DNA of 64,000 nucleotides. It comes from Candidatus Falkowbacteria bacterium HGW-Falkowbacteria-1 (GTDB taxonomy: Bacteria; Patescibacteriota; Patescibacteriia; Patescibacteriales; UBA12465). The notes beneath the pieces are model-generated. The model was not told the origin of the DNA and did no database searches. It saw only the letters and a program-made list of their open reading frames with translations. Positions within the stretch are counted from its first letter, which is position 1; each line of letters begins with the position of its first letter. The DNA lies in assembly GCA_002840305.1 (NCBI GenBank), contig PHAI01000002.1, positions 266,707 through 330,706 of the forward strand. The letters run 5' to 3'. This document shows, piece by piece, positions 37,149 to 45,938 of the stretch. The position numbers were made by a program, and so were the translations under genes.

Positions 37149-37709
37149 TTATTTTTGACAACAATTGCCAGAAGAGCAACAATTGCCAGAAGAACCAGAA
37201 GAATAAGTTTCTTTGTCATCCAACAAATCACCCTTCGTCCAATCATCTGCCCAATCTTTTATTTTATGTTTTTTAAATTTGCCATCAACCCTGCTTACAA
37301 TTACTTCGTCCAAACCAGAATTAATAATCATCTTTTTACAAATAAAACAGGGGTAAGCGTCTATAGTCTGAACATCATTATCATCAACGACTTTTTCTGA
37401 ATATAAATACATCGTTCCTCCCAAAAGACTTACACCAGCTCTAGCTGAATTTATAATAGCATTTTGCTCGGCATGAACACTGCGACACATTTCGTATCTT
37501 TGACCAGACGGGATGTTTAATTCTGTTCTCAAACAATTTCCCCTTTCAAAACAATCCTTGGTCTTTCTGGGCGCACCATTATAACCAGTTGATATAATCT
37601 GATCATCTTTTACTATAATTGATCCGTGTCTAGCCCGAAAACAAGTTGATCTCTTGGAAATCTCCTTGGCTATATTCATATAATATTCAATCTTTGAAAT
37701 TCTGCTCAT
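37149..37709 (-). CDS. dCMP deaminase (ComEB-like) with a Cys-rich repeat tail
   Basis: VHAEQNAI and PCFICKKMI zinc ligands. The C-terminus is SSGSSGNCCSSGNCCQK. Confidence 0.85.
   Translation of the reverse strand: MSRISKIEYYMNIAKEISKRSTCFRARHGSIIVKDDQIISTGYNGAPRKTKDCFERGNCLRTELNIPSGQRYEMCRSVHAEQNAIINSARAGVSLLGGTMYLYSEKVVDDNDVQTIDAYPCFICKKMIINSGLDEVIVSRVDGKFKKHKIKDWADDWTKGDLLDDKETYSSGSSGNCCSSGNCCQK
37161..37196. repeat. Tandem 18-nt repeat (2 units) inside the dCMP deaminase 3' end
   Basis: acaattgccagaagagca followed by acaattgccagaagaacc. On the minus strand these encode (SSGNCC)x2. Confidence 0.9.
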
Positions 37710-37722
37710 ACTTTTTTATTTA

Positions 37723-38250
37723 TTATTTAAAATCTATTTTACCCTGTATATATTCTGGCGCACCTTTTTTTCTTTGTCTTGTCGCCTCGCCTCTTTTAGG
37801 TTCTCTCCCCTTGTCAGTCATACCCCTGACGGCTGTTGGCTCTTTTGACATTTGAGAATAACGAACAATATCTCCTCCACCTTTTATTAATTCCTCTGAC
37901 AGTTTAAAATTTATATCGCTCAGATAAGCATACTCATCTTTTGAGTATTCTGGATCGCCACTCTGCCTAAGCTCCTTTGCTCTTTGTAGCATTTCAAGTT
38001 CCCTCAACTTTGAGTCTATCTTTGTTCTATTTTTTTCATAATACTCCTCCATCTTCATTCTCTTCTTAATCTCACCAGCGGCCTTCCTAAAACAAGTCGA
38101 CCAATCTTCTGCATCCAAATCACCCAAATTATTTTTAATAGCAATTTTCACAGAATAAGAAAGTTCATATTTATTTTTTTTAATAAAAGATTCTGCGTCT
38201 TCTATGATTTTTTCAAGTTGTTTGTTATTTATAAAAAAGCCCTTGCTCAT
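37723..38250 (-). CDS. Hypothetical protein
   Basis: 175-aa charged ORF. No motif was recognised. Confidence 0.45.
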   Translation of the reverse strand: MSKGFFINNKQLEKIIEDAESFIKKNKYELSYSVKIAIKNNLGDLDAEDWSTCFRKAAGEIKKRMKMEEYYEKNRTKIDSKLRELEMLQRAKELRQSGDPEYSKDEYAYLSDINFKLSEELIKGGGDIVRYSQMSKEPTAVRGMTDKGREPKRGEATRQRKKGAPEYIQGKIDFK

Positions 38251-38312
38251 AAAATTAAATTAAATTAAATTTATAATATAATATTAACAACAAACAGAAC
38301 TCTTTTCAACCG

Positions 38313-38341
38313 TTGACAATAAAATGGCTCTATGTTATAGT
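38313..38341 (+). promoter_or_regulatory. Consensus sigma70 promoter
   Basis: TTGACA (38313-38318), a 17-nt spacer, then TATAGT (38336-38341). Confidence 0.6.
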
Positions 38342-38347
38342 ACTAAA

Positions 38348-38547
38348 TCAGCATCGTTTTAGTTCAAAGAGTGGAGAGCGCTCGTCGGCAGAACGCCGTC
38401 TTAAGCAAAGACCAAAAATCAAGGCCTAACCGCTAAAATTTGCGAAAATTGTGTTGGTTTTTAAGACAAAACCATAGACGGAAATCCCGCTTCGAAACGG
38501 AAAACATGGATGCTCGGGGGAATCTCAAATGATTCCCCCCTTTTTTT
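38348..38547 (+). ncRNA. Candidate structured small RNA or cis-leader of about 200 nt, class unresolved
   Basis: It is bounded by the promoter above and a strong terminator. The 5' AGCATCGTTTT (38350-38360) pairs with the 3' AAAAC-atg-GATGCT (38501-38514). Internal hairpins include CGGC-agaac-GCCG and GTCTT-aagca-AAGAC. There is no ORF. Confidence 0.4.
38516..38547 (+). terminator. Intrinsic terminator
   Basis: gggggaatc - tcaaat - gattccccc followed by T7. Confidence 0.75.
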
Positions 38548-38650
38548 AAAAAAACAAGCTTTCTTTTATCCTCCACTTATACTATAATATAAGTAGTATT
38601 GATAAAATATAACAAATTATAAGACACAAATTATCGCTAATTTTAAAAAT

Positions 38651-39364
38651 ATGATGAAAAAAAACAAAAAATATGGCTCCTTAACTATTGTGACAACAAT
38701 AATTTTAGTTTTAGGATTCTTAATTCTTTATTATCTTAGGCCAAACAACCAAAAAAAAGAAATCCCATTATCGCCCGAACAAACCGTCAATCTCTTTTAC
38801 GATCAGTGGATAGAAAATAAAACTGAAACAATAAATTCTGCTTCATACAAAGACAATAAGTATCTAAACGCGTTGGCAGAAGAAGAAATAAAAAGAACAA
38901 TTGAATCAACTGCCAATTCTGACAAAAAATTAGACCCAGTCCTTTGTGGACAAAATAAACCAGAAAATTTCTCTCTAGAATTAATAAACAAAAACAAAAG
39001 CAAATCTCAAATTATAGTAAGGACTGACCATTCTGGAGTCATAAAAGAAATACTAGTTGAATTAGTAAACGAAAACAATGTATGGCAAATAAACAAAATA
39101 GACTGCTCGATAGGAGAAAAAAACGATTTATCTTCTGAAGATCAACAGGCCATATCTGAATATTTTGCAAAAAATATTTCCGAACTCTCACCAGAAAAAG
39201 AAGTATTAGGAGGTAAATTTTATATAACATCACTCGACTTTATAGATGAAAATAATTTAATAATTGAATACGAAGACGGCCACATAGCATTAAGTGCCGA
39301 GGTTAATTTTCAGTATCTTGATTCAGAAAATATAGAGATAAATGAATTTAATATAATGAATTAA
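38651..39364 (+). CDS. Hypothetical membrane-anchored protein
   Basis: 237 aa with an N-terminal TM segment (LTIVTTIILVLGFLILYYL). Confidence 0.5.
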   Translation: MMKKNKKYGSLTIVTTIILVLGFLILYYLRPNNQKKEIPLSPEQTVNLFYDQWIENKTETINSASYKDNKYLNALAEEEIKRTIESTANSDKKLDPVLCGQNKPENFSLELINKNKSKSQIIVRTDHSGVIKEILVELVNENNVWQINKIDCSIGEKNDLSSEDQQAISEYFAKNISELSPEKEVLGGKFYITSLDFIDENNLIIEYEDGHIALSAEVNFQYLDSENIEINEFNIMN

Positions 39365-39390
39365 GAATTACAAAAAAACGGACTCAAAAC

Positions 39391-39421
39391 AAAAAAGACT
39401 AATTCCATGATTAGTCTTTTT
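39391..39421. terminator. Bidirectional terminator between convergent genes
   Basis: 10-bp stem aaagactaat / attagtcttt with loop tccatg. An A-run and a T-run flank it. Confidence 0.6.
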
Positions 39422-39440
39422 AAAAACTCATACAAAAATA

Positions 39441-40310
39441 TTAAGCAGCTAAAGCGAAATCCCTATTGTAGATCTCGACGAAACGATCTAAAATTATTTG
39501 ACTTTTTTCATATAGAGGATGCTCTTTTTCCATTTTTTGAAGAAATGGAATTATAACATCTTTGATTACTGGAGAATATTTTTTTAATAACTTAGATTTT
39601 TTTGGTCCATCATTTAAAAGATGGTTTTTAGAAGTATTATTTAATAGATCAGCGCATTTTATTACACCGACACCATAATCACTAAGCTCTAATAAACTCT
39701 GGAAATAATCTTTATACATTTTGTTTTTAATAAGCTGTCTTTTTTCTAAAGAAATTTCCTCTTCACAAGAGTCTATCAGGGAGTCAAAGTCTGGTTTCGA
39801 CAAACGACGAACTCTTTCAGCGACTGGAGAACCAAAGTTATCTCTTATTTCTAAAAAGGCTATTTCTCTAATTTCCTCAGAGAACTTATTGACAAAACTT
39901 TGCAAACTAAGAATATTATGGGTATTAACAAAAAAATTGTTCTTCTCAACATAGAAAGCAAATAATCTTTCTGACTGGTCCTCCAAAGAATCATGGAGTA
40001 ATGCTGTTATAATTAAATCCCTATCATAAATTTTAAAATTTTCAACAATACTGCTGGCAACCTCCACTGGATGATTAATGTAAGCTTTTCCATCAGGCTG
40101 AACTTGGTCTTCGTGAATTTCCTGAGCCAAAGAAAATGCTTTACTTATAAGATTGAAGTCATCTAAAGAAAAGTTATCCTCAATTAAACTTAAAAATTTT
40201 TTTGACATCTCAAGTTCTTTAAGTTCCATTGGTCTTTTTATGTCAACGCTCTCTGGGTCTAATTCTTCTACATCGGAACTAAAAAAATTTGATTCTTTTA
40301 TCTCACTCAT
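39441..40310 (-). CDS. HD-domain protein, RelA/SpoT-hydrolase-like (possible small alarmone hydrolase)
   Basis: YINHPVEVA..ITALLHDSLED is the HD signature of the SpoT/Mesh1-type hydrolase domain. No synthetase domain is present. Confidence 0.55.
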   Translation of the reverse strand: MSEIKESNFFSSDVEELDPESVDIKRPMELKELEMSKKFLSLIEDNFSLDDFNLISKAFSLAQEIHEDQVQPDGKAYINHPVEVASSIVENFKIYDRDLIITALLHDSLEDQSERLFAFYVEKNNFFVNTHNILSLQSFVNKFSEEIREIAFLEIRDNFGSPVAERVRRLSKPDFDSLIDSCEEEISLEKRQLIKNKMYKDYFQSLLELSDYGVGVIKCADLLNNTSKNHLLNDGPKKSKLLKKYSPVIKDVIIPFLQKMEKEHPLYEKSQIILDRFVEIYNRDFALAA

Positions 40311-40321
40311 AAATTTATAAA

Positions 40322-41716
40322 TTAAAAATCAGCATTTTTTGGAGTACGAGGAAACGGAATCACATCTCTAATGTTGGCCATACCAGACAAATACATAATA
40401 GCCCTTTCAAAACCCAAGCCAAAACCAGCATGTTTAATTGAACCATATTTCCGAAGATCCATATACCACCAATAATCCTCCTCTGACAAACCCATCTCTT
40501 TTATTCTATTTTTTAAAACATCATATCTCTCTTCCCTTTGACTACCGCCTATAATTTCCCCTATCCCGGGAACCAACAAATCCATAGCAGCAACTGTTTT
40601 CCCGTCATCATTTTGACGCATATAAAAAGCTTTAATATCTCTTGGGTAGTCACTTATAAAAACTGGTTTCCCGTAAATTTTTTCACTTATATATCTCTCG
40701 TGTTCAGTTTGTAGGTCCATTCCCCATTCAACCGGAAAATTAAATTTTTCACCGCTCTTCTTAAGTAAATCTATAGCTTCAGTATAGGTTATTCTAGCAA
40801 AATCTGAACTTAAAATATTATTTAAACGGTCCAATAACGACGTATCTATAAATTTATTAAAAAACTCCATTTCCTCGGGAAGCTCTCTCAAAATATAAGT
40901 AATTAGATATTTCATCATTTTTTCCGCCAAATCCATATCATCTTTAAGCTCGGCAAAAGCCATCTCAGGCTCAACCATCCAAAATTCACAAGCATGACGA
41001 GTAGTATTTGAATTTTCGGCTCTAAAAGTAGGTCCAAAAGTATACACTCTATTTAAACCAGCAATCATAGCTTCAGCTTCTAACTGACCGCTTACAGTTA
41101 ATCCTGTTTTTTTGGAAAAAAAATCTTGTTTATAATCAATTTCACCTTTCTCATTTTTAGGAATGTTTTTATCCAAATCAAAAGTTGTAACAGCAAACAT
41201 TTCCCCGGCTCCCTCGCAATCACTGCCAGAAATTATTGGAGTATGCGCATAAAAAAAACCTTCTTCTTGAAAAAACTTATGAATAGCGTAGCTCAAAACG
41301 GATCTTAAACGAAAAACGGCCGAAAAAGTATTGCTACGCCCGCGCAAGTGAGCTATTTCTCGCAAAAATTCAAAACTATGTTTCTTTTTTTGTAAGGGAT
41401 AGTCAACTGACGCTAAATTTAAAATTTTAATACTTTCAGCTTTAAGCTCAAAAGATTGGCCGGCAGCAGGAGATTCGACTAAAGTACCTTCAACCTCCAA
41501 GGAAGAGCCAATAGTTATTTTCTCAACTTCTTCAAAATTTGACAATTTATTATCAAAAACGATTTGCAAACCCTTAAAAAAAGTACCATCGTTTATTTCA
41601 ATAAAACCAAAATCCTTGGACGTTCTAAGTGTCCTAACCCAGGCCCCTAATTTTATCTGCTTGTTTAAATAATCACCAGGCTGGCGATATAAACTTTTAA
41701 TTGAAATGTATCTCAT
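40322..41716 (-). CDS. asnS: Asparaginyl-tRNA synthetase
   Basis: It is near-colinear with E. coli AsnRS as I remember it: [39 protein letters not shown] and [24 protein letters not shown]. Confidence 0.93.
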   Translation of the reverse strand: MRYISIKSLYRQPGDYLNKQIKLGAWVRTLRTSKDFGFIEINDGTFFKGLQIVFDNKLSNFEEVEKITIGSSLEVEGTLVESPAAGQSFELKAESIKILNLASVDYPLQKKKHSFEFLREIAHLRGRSNTFSAVFRLRSVLSYAIHKFFQEEGFFYAHTPIISGSDCEGAGEMFAVTTFDLDKNIPKNEKGEIDYKQDFFSKKTGLTVSGQLEAEAMIAGLNRVYTFGPTFRAENSNTTRHACEFWMVEPEMAFAELKDDMDLAEKMMKYLITYILRELPEEMEFFNKFIDTSLLDRLNNILSSDFARITYTEAIDLLKKSGEKFNFPVEWGMDLQTEHERYISEKIYGKPVFISDYPRDIKAFYMRQNDDGKTVAAMDLLVPGIGEIIGGSQREERYDVLKNRIKEMGLSEEDYWWYMDLRKYGSIKHAGFGLGFERAIMYLSGMANIRDVIPFPRTPKNADF

Positions 41717-41809
41717 ATAAAAAATAAAAAATAATCTATTATAACAATATATAATACTTGATAAATTTTAGCAATAAACAAGCTTTCTTGACCCACAACG
41801 CCCGCGTAT

Positions 41810-42376
41810 CTAGAGTACGCTTCTTTTTAAATGAAAAATGTATAAAGCGCTACTGAAGCAAAGTGTCGCAATTATAATAAACAAAGCCTGAAAACCAAAA
41901 AAAGTGACTAAACCACCGCCAACTATAGCTCCCAAAGCTGTTGTAAAATAATTAGTTGATTCCCATGCTCCCCATTGTGTCCCAGATTTATGACCATCAA
42001 TATGTTTAGAAAACACAGCGTCAAACGCTGGCGAATAAATCGCCTCACCAAGACCAATGATTGCCTGAACTATAAACAAAAAAACAATAGAATTAACCCA
42101 AAAATACAACAAGAAACCAGTGCCCATTATTAAATACCCTCCTACAATAATCAGTTCATTTTCTTTTATTTTGTCGCTATACTTTCCAGATATCAACGTT
42201 GTCAGACCGGCTACGAAGGCAAAAATACCTCCAGCGATACTAGCATCCATCAAATCCCCCCCTACCTTTTCTACAAATAAAGCATAAATAGGTCCTAACA
42301 TAGCTCCGGCCATAAGTATCATGGCATTAGTTAAAAGCAATATGCGTAGGGCTTTATTAAAAAATATTCCTTTCAT
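41810..42376 (-). CDS. Half-size (6-TM) MFS-like membrane protein
   Basis: 188 aa with six hydrophobic segments and a GKYSDK loop that resembles the MFS motif A region. Confidence 0.45.
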   Translation of the reverse strand: MKGIFFNKALRILLLTNAMILMAGAMLGPIYALFVEKVGGDLMDASIAGGIFAFVAGLTTLISGKYSDKIKENELIIVGGYLIMGTGFLLYFWVNSIVFLFIVQAIIGLGEAIYSPAFDAVFSKHIDGHKSGTQWGAWESTNYFTTALGAIVGGGLVTFFGFQALFIIIATLCFSSALYIFHLKRSVL

Positions 42377-42471
42377 ATTTTATTTTAAATATAATTATAA
42401 TCAATTTATCAAAAAATCATTACTCTACATTCTAATATTTTTATACGCATTATGCAAGAATAGACATTATT

Positions 42472-43770
42472 CTAAGTATTTTCATTGTAAAAATCCTTGA
42501 AACCGTTCAAATAAGACAGCGACAAAATAAAAAATAAAACCAGCAAACCAAAGGGCAGGCTCCATAACCAATGATCAAAAATCATAAATATAAAAATTCC
42601 CAAGAATAAAGAAAAATTAATAAAATAATAAGGCCCTTTGGCAGATTTCATAAAGGAATGCCCTAAAAACCAAACAAAAAAAATAAAACCCCAAATACCT
42701 ATTTCTGACAAAACAAGTAAAAAGACATTATGAACCGGCTGAGCTTGATAAGATTTTAAATCTGGATTTAAACTCAAAAGTTTTTGATGATAGGCGCCGT
42801 ATCCAACCCCCAACCATAAATTGCTTTTTATAATATCGCTTGAACTATAAATTTGTTCGACTCTTTCACTGTTTGAAATAATCTCCAACCTAGAATTAAG
42901 ATTAAAACGATTTAAAATAAAAGGTTTAAAAATTGTAAAAAATAAAATCAGAAAAAATAACGAAAAAGAGAATATTGGTAAGTATTTTTTTAAATTTTCT
43001 TTCTTGTTTTCAAATAGTAACAATATAAAGATTAAAAACATTGATAAAACAAAGGCCATCCAAGCGCTCCGAGAAAAAGAGGTTAAAAGTGACAAAAGCA
43101 AGATAAAATAAACTGAATATAAAATAATTTTCTGCCAAAATTTAAATTTGAACTTAAAAACAAGTAACAAACAAAAAATCAAAGCAAAAAAAACCAAGGC
43201 CGCAAAAATATTAGGATGATCCTGCCCTCCATAAGAACGAACCAAGCGACCAAAATCGCCCTCCAAAACTGAAACACCTAAAACAGAAGGATCGTGAACT
43301 GATATTCCTAGATATTTATTAGAAAAAGTTTTTTGAATAAAAAATTGGCCCAAACCAATAATTGATTGCAAAAAAATACTGAAAATAAAAATAACTATTA
43401 GCTTTTTAAAATTAAACTTAAAATTTAGAACTATAAAAAACAATGCAATTGCTAACAAAAATAAAAAGTATCTAAAAAGAGACAAGTCGAAGAAAGAGGA
43501 AACAAAAATAGAAACAAAAATAAATAGATCTAAGCCTATTAAAACCAAATAATGCTTAGGTATATCAAAATCTGACGAAATTTTTCTATATTTAAAAAAA
43601 TAAAGAAAAAAAACAACCACTAAAATTGCTAAAATTAAATAATTTAGAAAAATAGCAATTTCGTTATAATTTGTTTCTGCCGAAAATAAAATATATTTAG
43701 TCTGAAACGGCAAAACGAAAACAAAAATATAAAACAAATATTCAATTATTTTTTCGATTTTATTTTTCAT
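42472..43770 (-). CDS. O-antigen ligase/polymerase-like (Wzy_C) membrane protein
   Basis: About 12 TM segments and a large loop with SFSRSAWMAF and HNVFLLVLSEIG, typical of O-antigen ligase family proteins. Confidence 0.65.
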   Translation of the reverse strand: MKNKIEKIIEYLFYIFVFVLPFQTKYILFSAETNYNEIAIFLNYLILAILVVVFFLYFFKYRKISSDFDIPKHYLVLIGLDLFIFVSIFVSSFFDLSLFRYFLFLLAIALFFIVLNFKFNFKKLIVIFIFSIFLQSIIGLGQFFIQKTFSNKYLGISVHDPSVLGVSVLEGDFGRLVRSYGGQDHPNIFAALVFFALIFCLLLVFKFKFKFWQKIILYSVYFILLLSLLTSFSRSAWMAFVLSMFLIFILLLFENKKENLKKYLPIFSFSLFFLILFFTIFKPFILNRFNLNSRLEIISNSERVEQIYSSSDIIKSNLWLGVGYGAYHQKLLSLNPDLKSYQAQPVHNVFLLVLSEIGIWGFIFFVWFLGHSFMKSAKGPYYFINFSLFLGIFIFMIFDHWLWSLPFGLLVLFFILSLSYLNGFKDFYNENT

Positions 43771-44732
43771 AAAAACTTTTCTAAGGATTTTTTGAATCTA
43801 TCTATAAACTCAGGTCTTTTATCTTCTAAAAATAATTTTATAATATTGTTCTCAAACACAACTCCACTCGACCGCCCTCTTTTTTCCTTTAAACTTTTAG
43901 GCATTATTTTTAATTGTATTTTTTTAGATATTTTTTCTACCCAATTACTTCCATCCCCCTTGTCATTCCCGCACCCCCCCTTGTCATCTCGACCGAGCCC
44001 GCCGTAGAAGGGCGAGCGGAGAGATCCGTTTCTTTTGTCATTCCCGCCATAGGAATAGGAATCCCATATTTTCAAGTTTGGCAAGTAATTTTCAACCCAC
44101 TTATTTTCCATTTTAAATCTATCAAATATTTTATTTTTATTTACCAAAACCTCCAAGCCAACAATCCAGTAAACAAAATAAAAATCGTCTTGGTTGTATA
44201 AATATTTTTCCAAATTCAAACTATCTTCACTAATATAAAAACTAAGACAAATTTTATCCTTTTTTGTTTTTTTATTAGGTCTAATATTCAAAAACTTAGC
44301 AAAAAATACGCAAAAAAAACGAGTCAAAAAAATCTTATTTTTAGAACTAATGATAAATAAATCAATATCTCCATTATCTTTTAAATTGTGACTACTAATT
44401 ATATTGGAAACGGCCACGCCTTTAACAAAGGGCAAAAAAGATATTAACTGAGAAAATCTCTTGGCTATTTTTACTTTTCTCTTAAAATAATTGTACTTTT
44501 TAAATCGCTCTCCGACAATTTCTTCCCTGCCAGATAAAAAATAAAAACCATTTTTAATTTTTACCTTATCGTTCATTGATTCTAAAATGTCTGATAATTC
44601 AGCCAAGTCTATTTTAACGCTTAAATACTTATATATTTCGAATAGAGTTAATGGTTGATTAAATAAATCAAAAAACACCATGGTTTTAATAATGGCCGAT
44701 TTCAATTCTTCTGATTTTATCTGATTATTCAT
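43767..44732 (-). CDS. Hypothetical protein carrying an in-frame GC-rich repeat insertion
   Basis: The ORF is continuous through the GC-rich block. NGDIDLFIIS hints at a nucleotidyltransferase fold, but the evidence is weak. I chose the start at MNNQIKSEE. Confidence 0.45.
   Translation of the reverse strand: MNNQIKSEELKSAIIKTMVFFDLFNQPLTLFEIYKYLSVKIDLAELSDILESMNDKVKIKNGFYFLSGREEIVGERFKKYNYFKRKVKIAKRFSQLISFLPFVKGVAVSNIISSHNLKDNGDIDLFIISSKNKIFLTRFFCVFFAKFLNIRPNKKTKKDKICLSFYISEDSLNLEKYLYNQDDFYFVYWIVGLEVLVNKNKIFDRFKMENKWVENYLPNLKIWDSYSYGGNDKRNGSLRSPFYGGLGRDDKGGCGNDKGDGSNWVEKISKKIQLKIMPKSLKEKRGRSSGVVFENNIIKLFLEDKRPEFIDRFKKSLEKFL
43951..44066. repeat. GC-rich short-repeat block (three degenerate units starting TTGTCAT...)
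   Basis: tgtcattcccgc occurs at 43961-43972 and again at 44036-44047. A ttgtcatctcgaccgagc..gcggagagatc unit lies at 43981-44025. The local GC is far above the flanking sequence. Confidence 0.7.
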
Positions 44733-44739
44733 GTTTGCT

Positions 44740-45831
44740 TTACTCAACGCCCGGTCTATCAATTTCCAACACCTCCACCTCACTCTTACCATCACCTATG
44801 CGAGCAATATCTTTGTCTATTTTTTTAAACTCTTTGTAGGCGCTGTTATAATGGTTAACCGATGTCGACATGCTACCTCCAAGTTTTTTCATAAAATCTT
44901 CATAGGAAAGCAAATGTCTACCCAAACTTTCTACATTTTTTCTAATATTTTTTGCACCTTCTTCTATTTGCATCGCCCTAAGGCCTTGCAAAATTGTCTG
45001 GAGATAAGCCGCAAAAGTTGTTGGTGAAACTATTATTACTTTTCTCTCATTATAAGCATAATCAATTAAGCTTCTAGTGTTAACTTTGACCGCACCAACT
45101 TCATTTATAAGCAAATCGTAATAAATGGCTTCGGCCGGTATGAACATCAAGGCAAAATTCATGGTCCCCTCTTTCACTTTTATATACTTTGAGGTTTCAT
45201 CTATTCTTTTTTTTAAATCATTTCTAAATTCTTTTTCCAGGACCAATTTTCTATCGGAGTTATCCTCATTTACTATTCGATTATAATTATCCAAAGAAAA
45301 TTTAGCATCAACAGGAATTAGTCCATCTTTGGTTATAATAACGGCATCAACTATACCACCATCTTCAAACGGATATTGAAGTTTATAGGCCGTTGGTGGC
45401 AAAATATTTTCCAAAACCAATTTCAGCCCTGCTTCACCCAAATTGCCCCTCTTTTTTTGATTAGTCAAAACTTTTTCTAAATTATTTAATTGCTCAGAAA
45501 AACCAATTACCTGCTTATTAGTTTCGTCTAGTTTGGTCAATTTTTCTGTGATCTGAGAGATTAATTTAGCCGATTGCCCTGTTATGCCCTGCACCATCTG
45601 AGCCGATTTGCTCATACTTTCCTGACTGACACGATTAGTTTCACTTAATTTTCTGTCTAATTCTTGGCGAAGAGAATCATTTTGTCTGCTAAGTTCACTT
45701 ATTTTTTCAAATAAAACCAAAAGTTTGTCATCAGAATCTTTGTTGGCACTATTTTTAAAAAATAAATAAATTAGCCCAGCCATTAAAAGAACTAGCAGAA
45801 TTAATAAAAAAATTATTGAAAAATTTAACAT
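44740..45831 (-). CDS. rmuC: DNA recombination protein RmuC
   Basis: N-terminal TM segment, a long coiled coil and a C-terminal nuclease-like core (VDAKFSL..FALMFIPAEAIY). Confidence 0.8.
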   Translation of the reverse strand: MLNFSIIFLLILLVLLMAGLIYLFFKNSANKDSDDKLLVLFEKISELSRQNDSLRQELDRKLSETNRVSQESMSKSAQMVQGITGQSAKLISQITEKLTKLDETNKQVIGFSEQLNNLEKVLTNQKKRGNLGEAGLKLVLENILPPTAYKLQYPFEDGGIVDAVIITKDGLIPVDAKFSLDNYNRIVNEDNSDRKLVLEKEFRNDLKKRIDETSKYIKVKEGTMNFALMFIPAEAIYYDLLINEVGAVKVNTRSLIDYAYNERKVIIVSPTTFAAYLQTILQGLRAMQIEEGAKNIRKNVESLGRHLLSYEDFMKKLGGSMSTSVNHYNSAYKEFKKIDKDIARIGDGKSEVEVLEIDRPGVE

Positions 45832-45938
45832 ATTAATTATTATTTATTATTATCTCCCTTTATCTTAACAAAAAATGACAAATAAAACAAAATAGGCCTC
45901 TCGACCTATTTTGAAAACTATTTAACGTTTAAATAAAT

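Noticed and set aside
41810-42376. The half-size MFS-like gene could be a pseudogene fragment
   Set aside because: The flanking intergenic regions are short (under 100 nt) and show no remnant of a second six-TM half. The ORF is intact with its own start and stop. Homodimeric half-transporters are plausible, so I kept it as a CDS at modest confidence.
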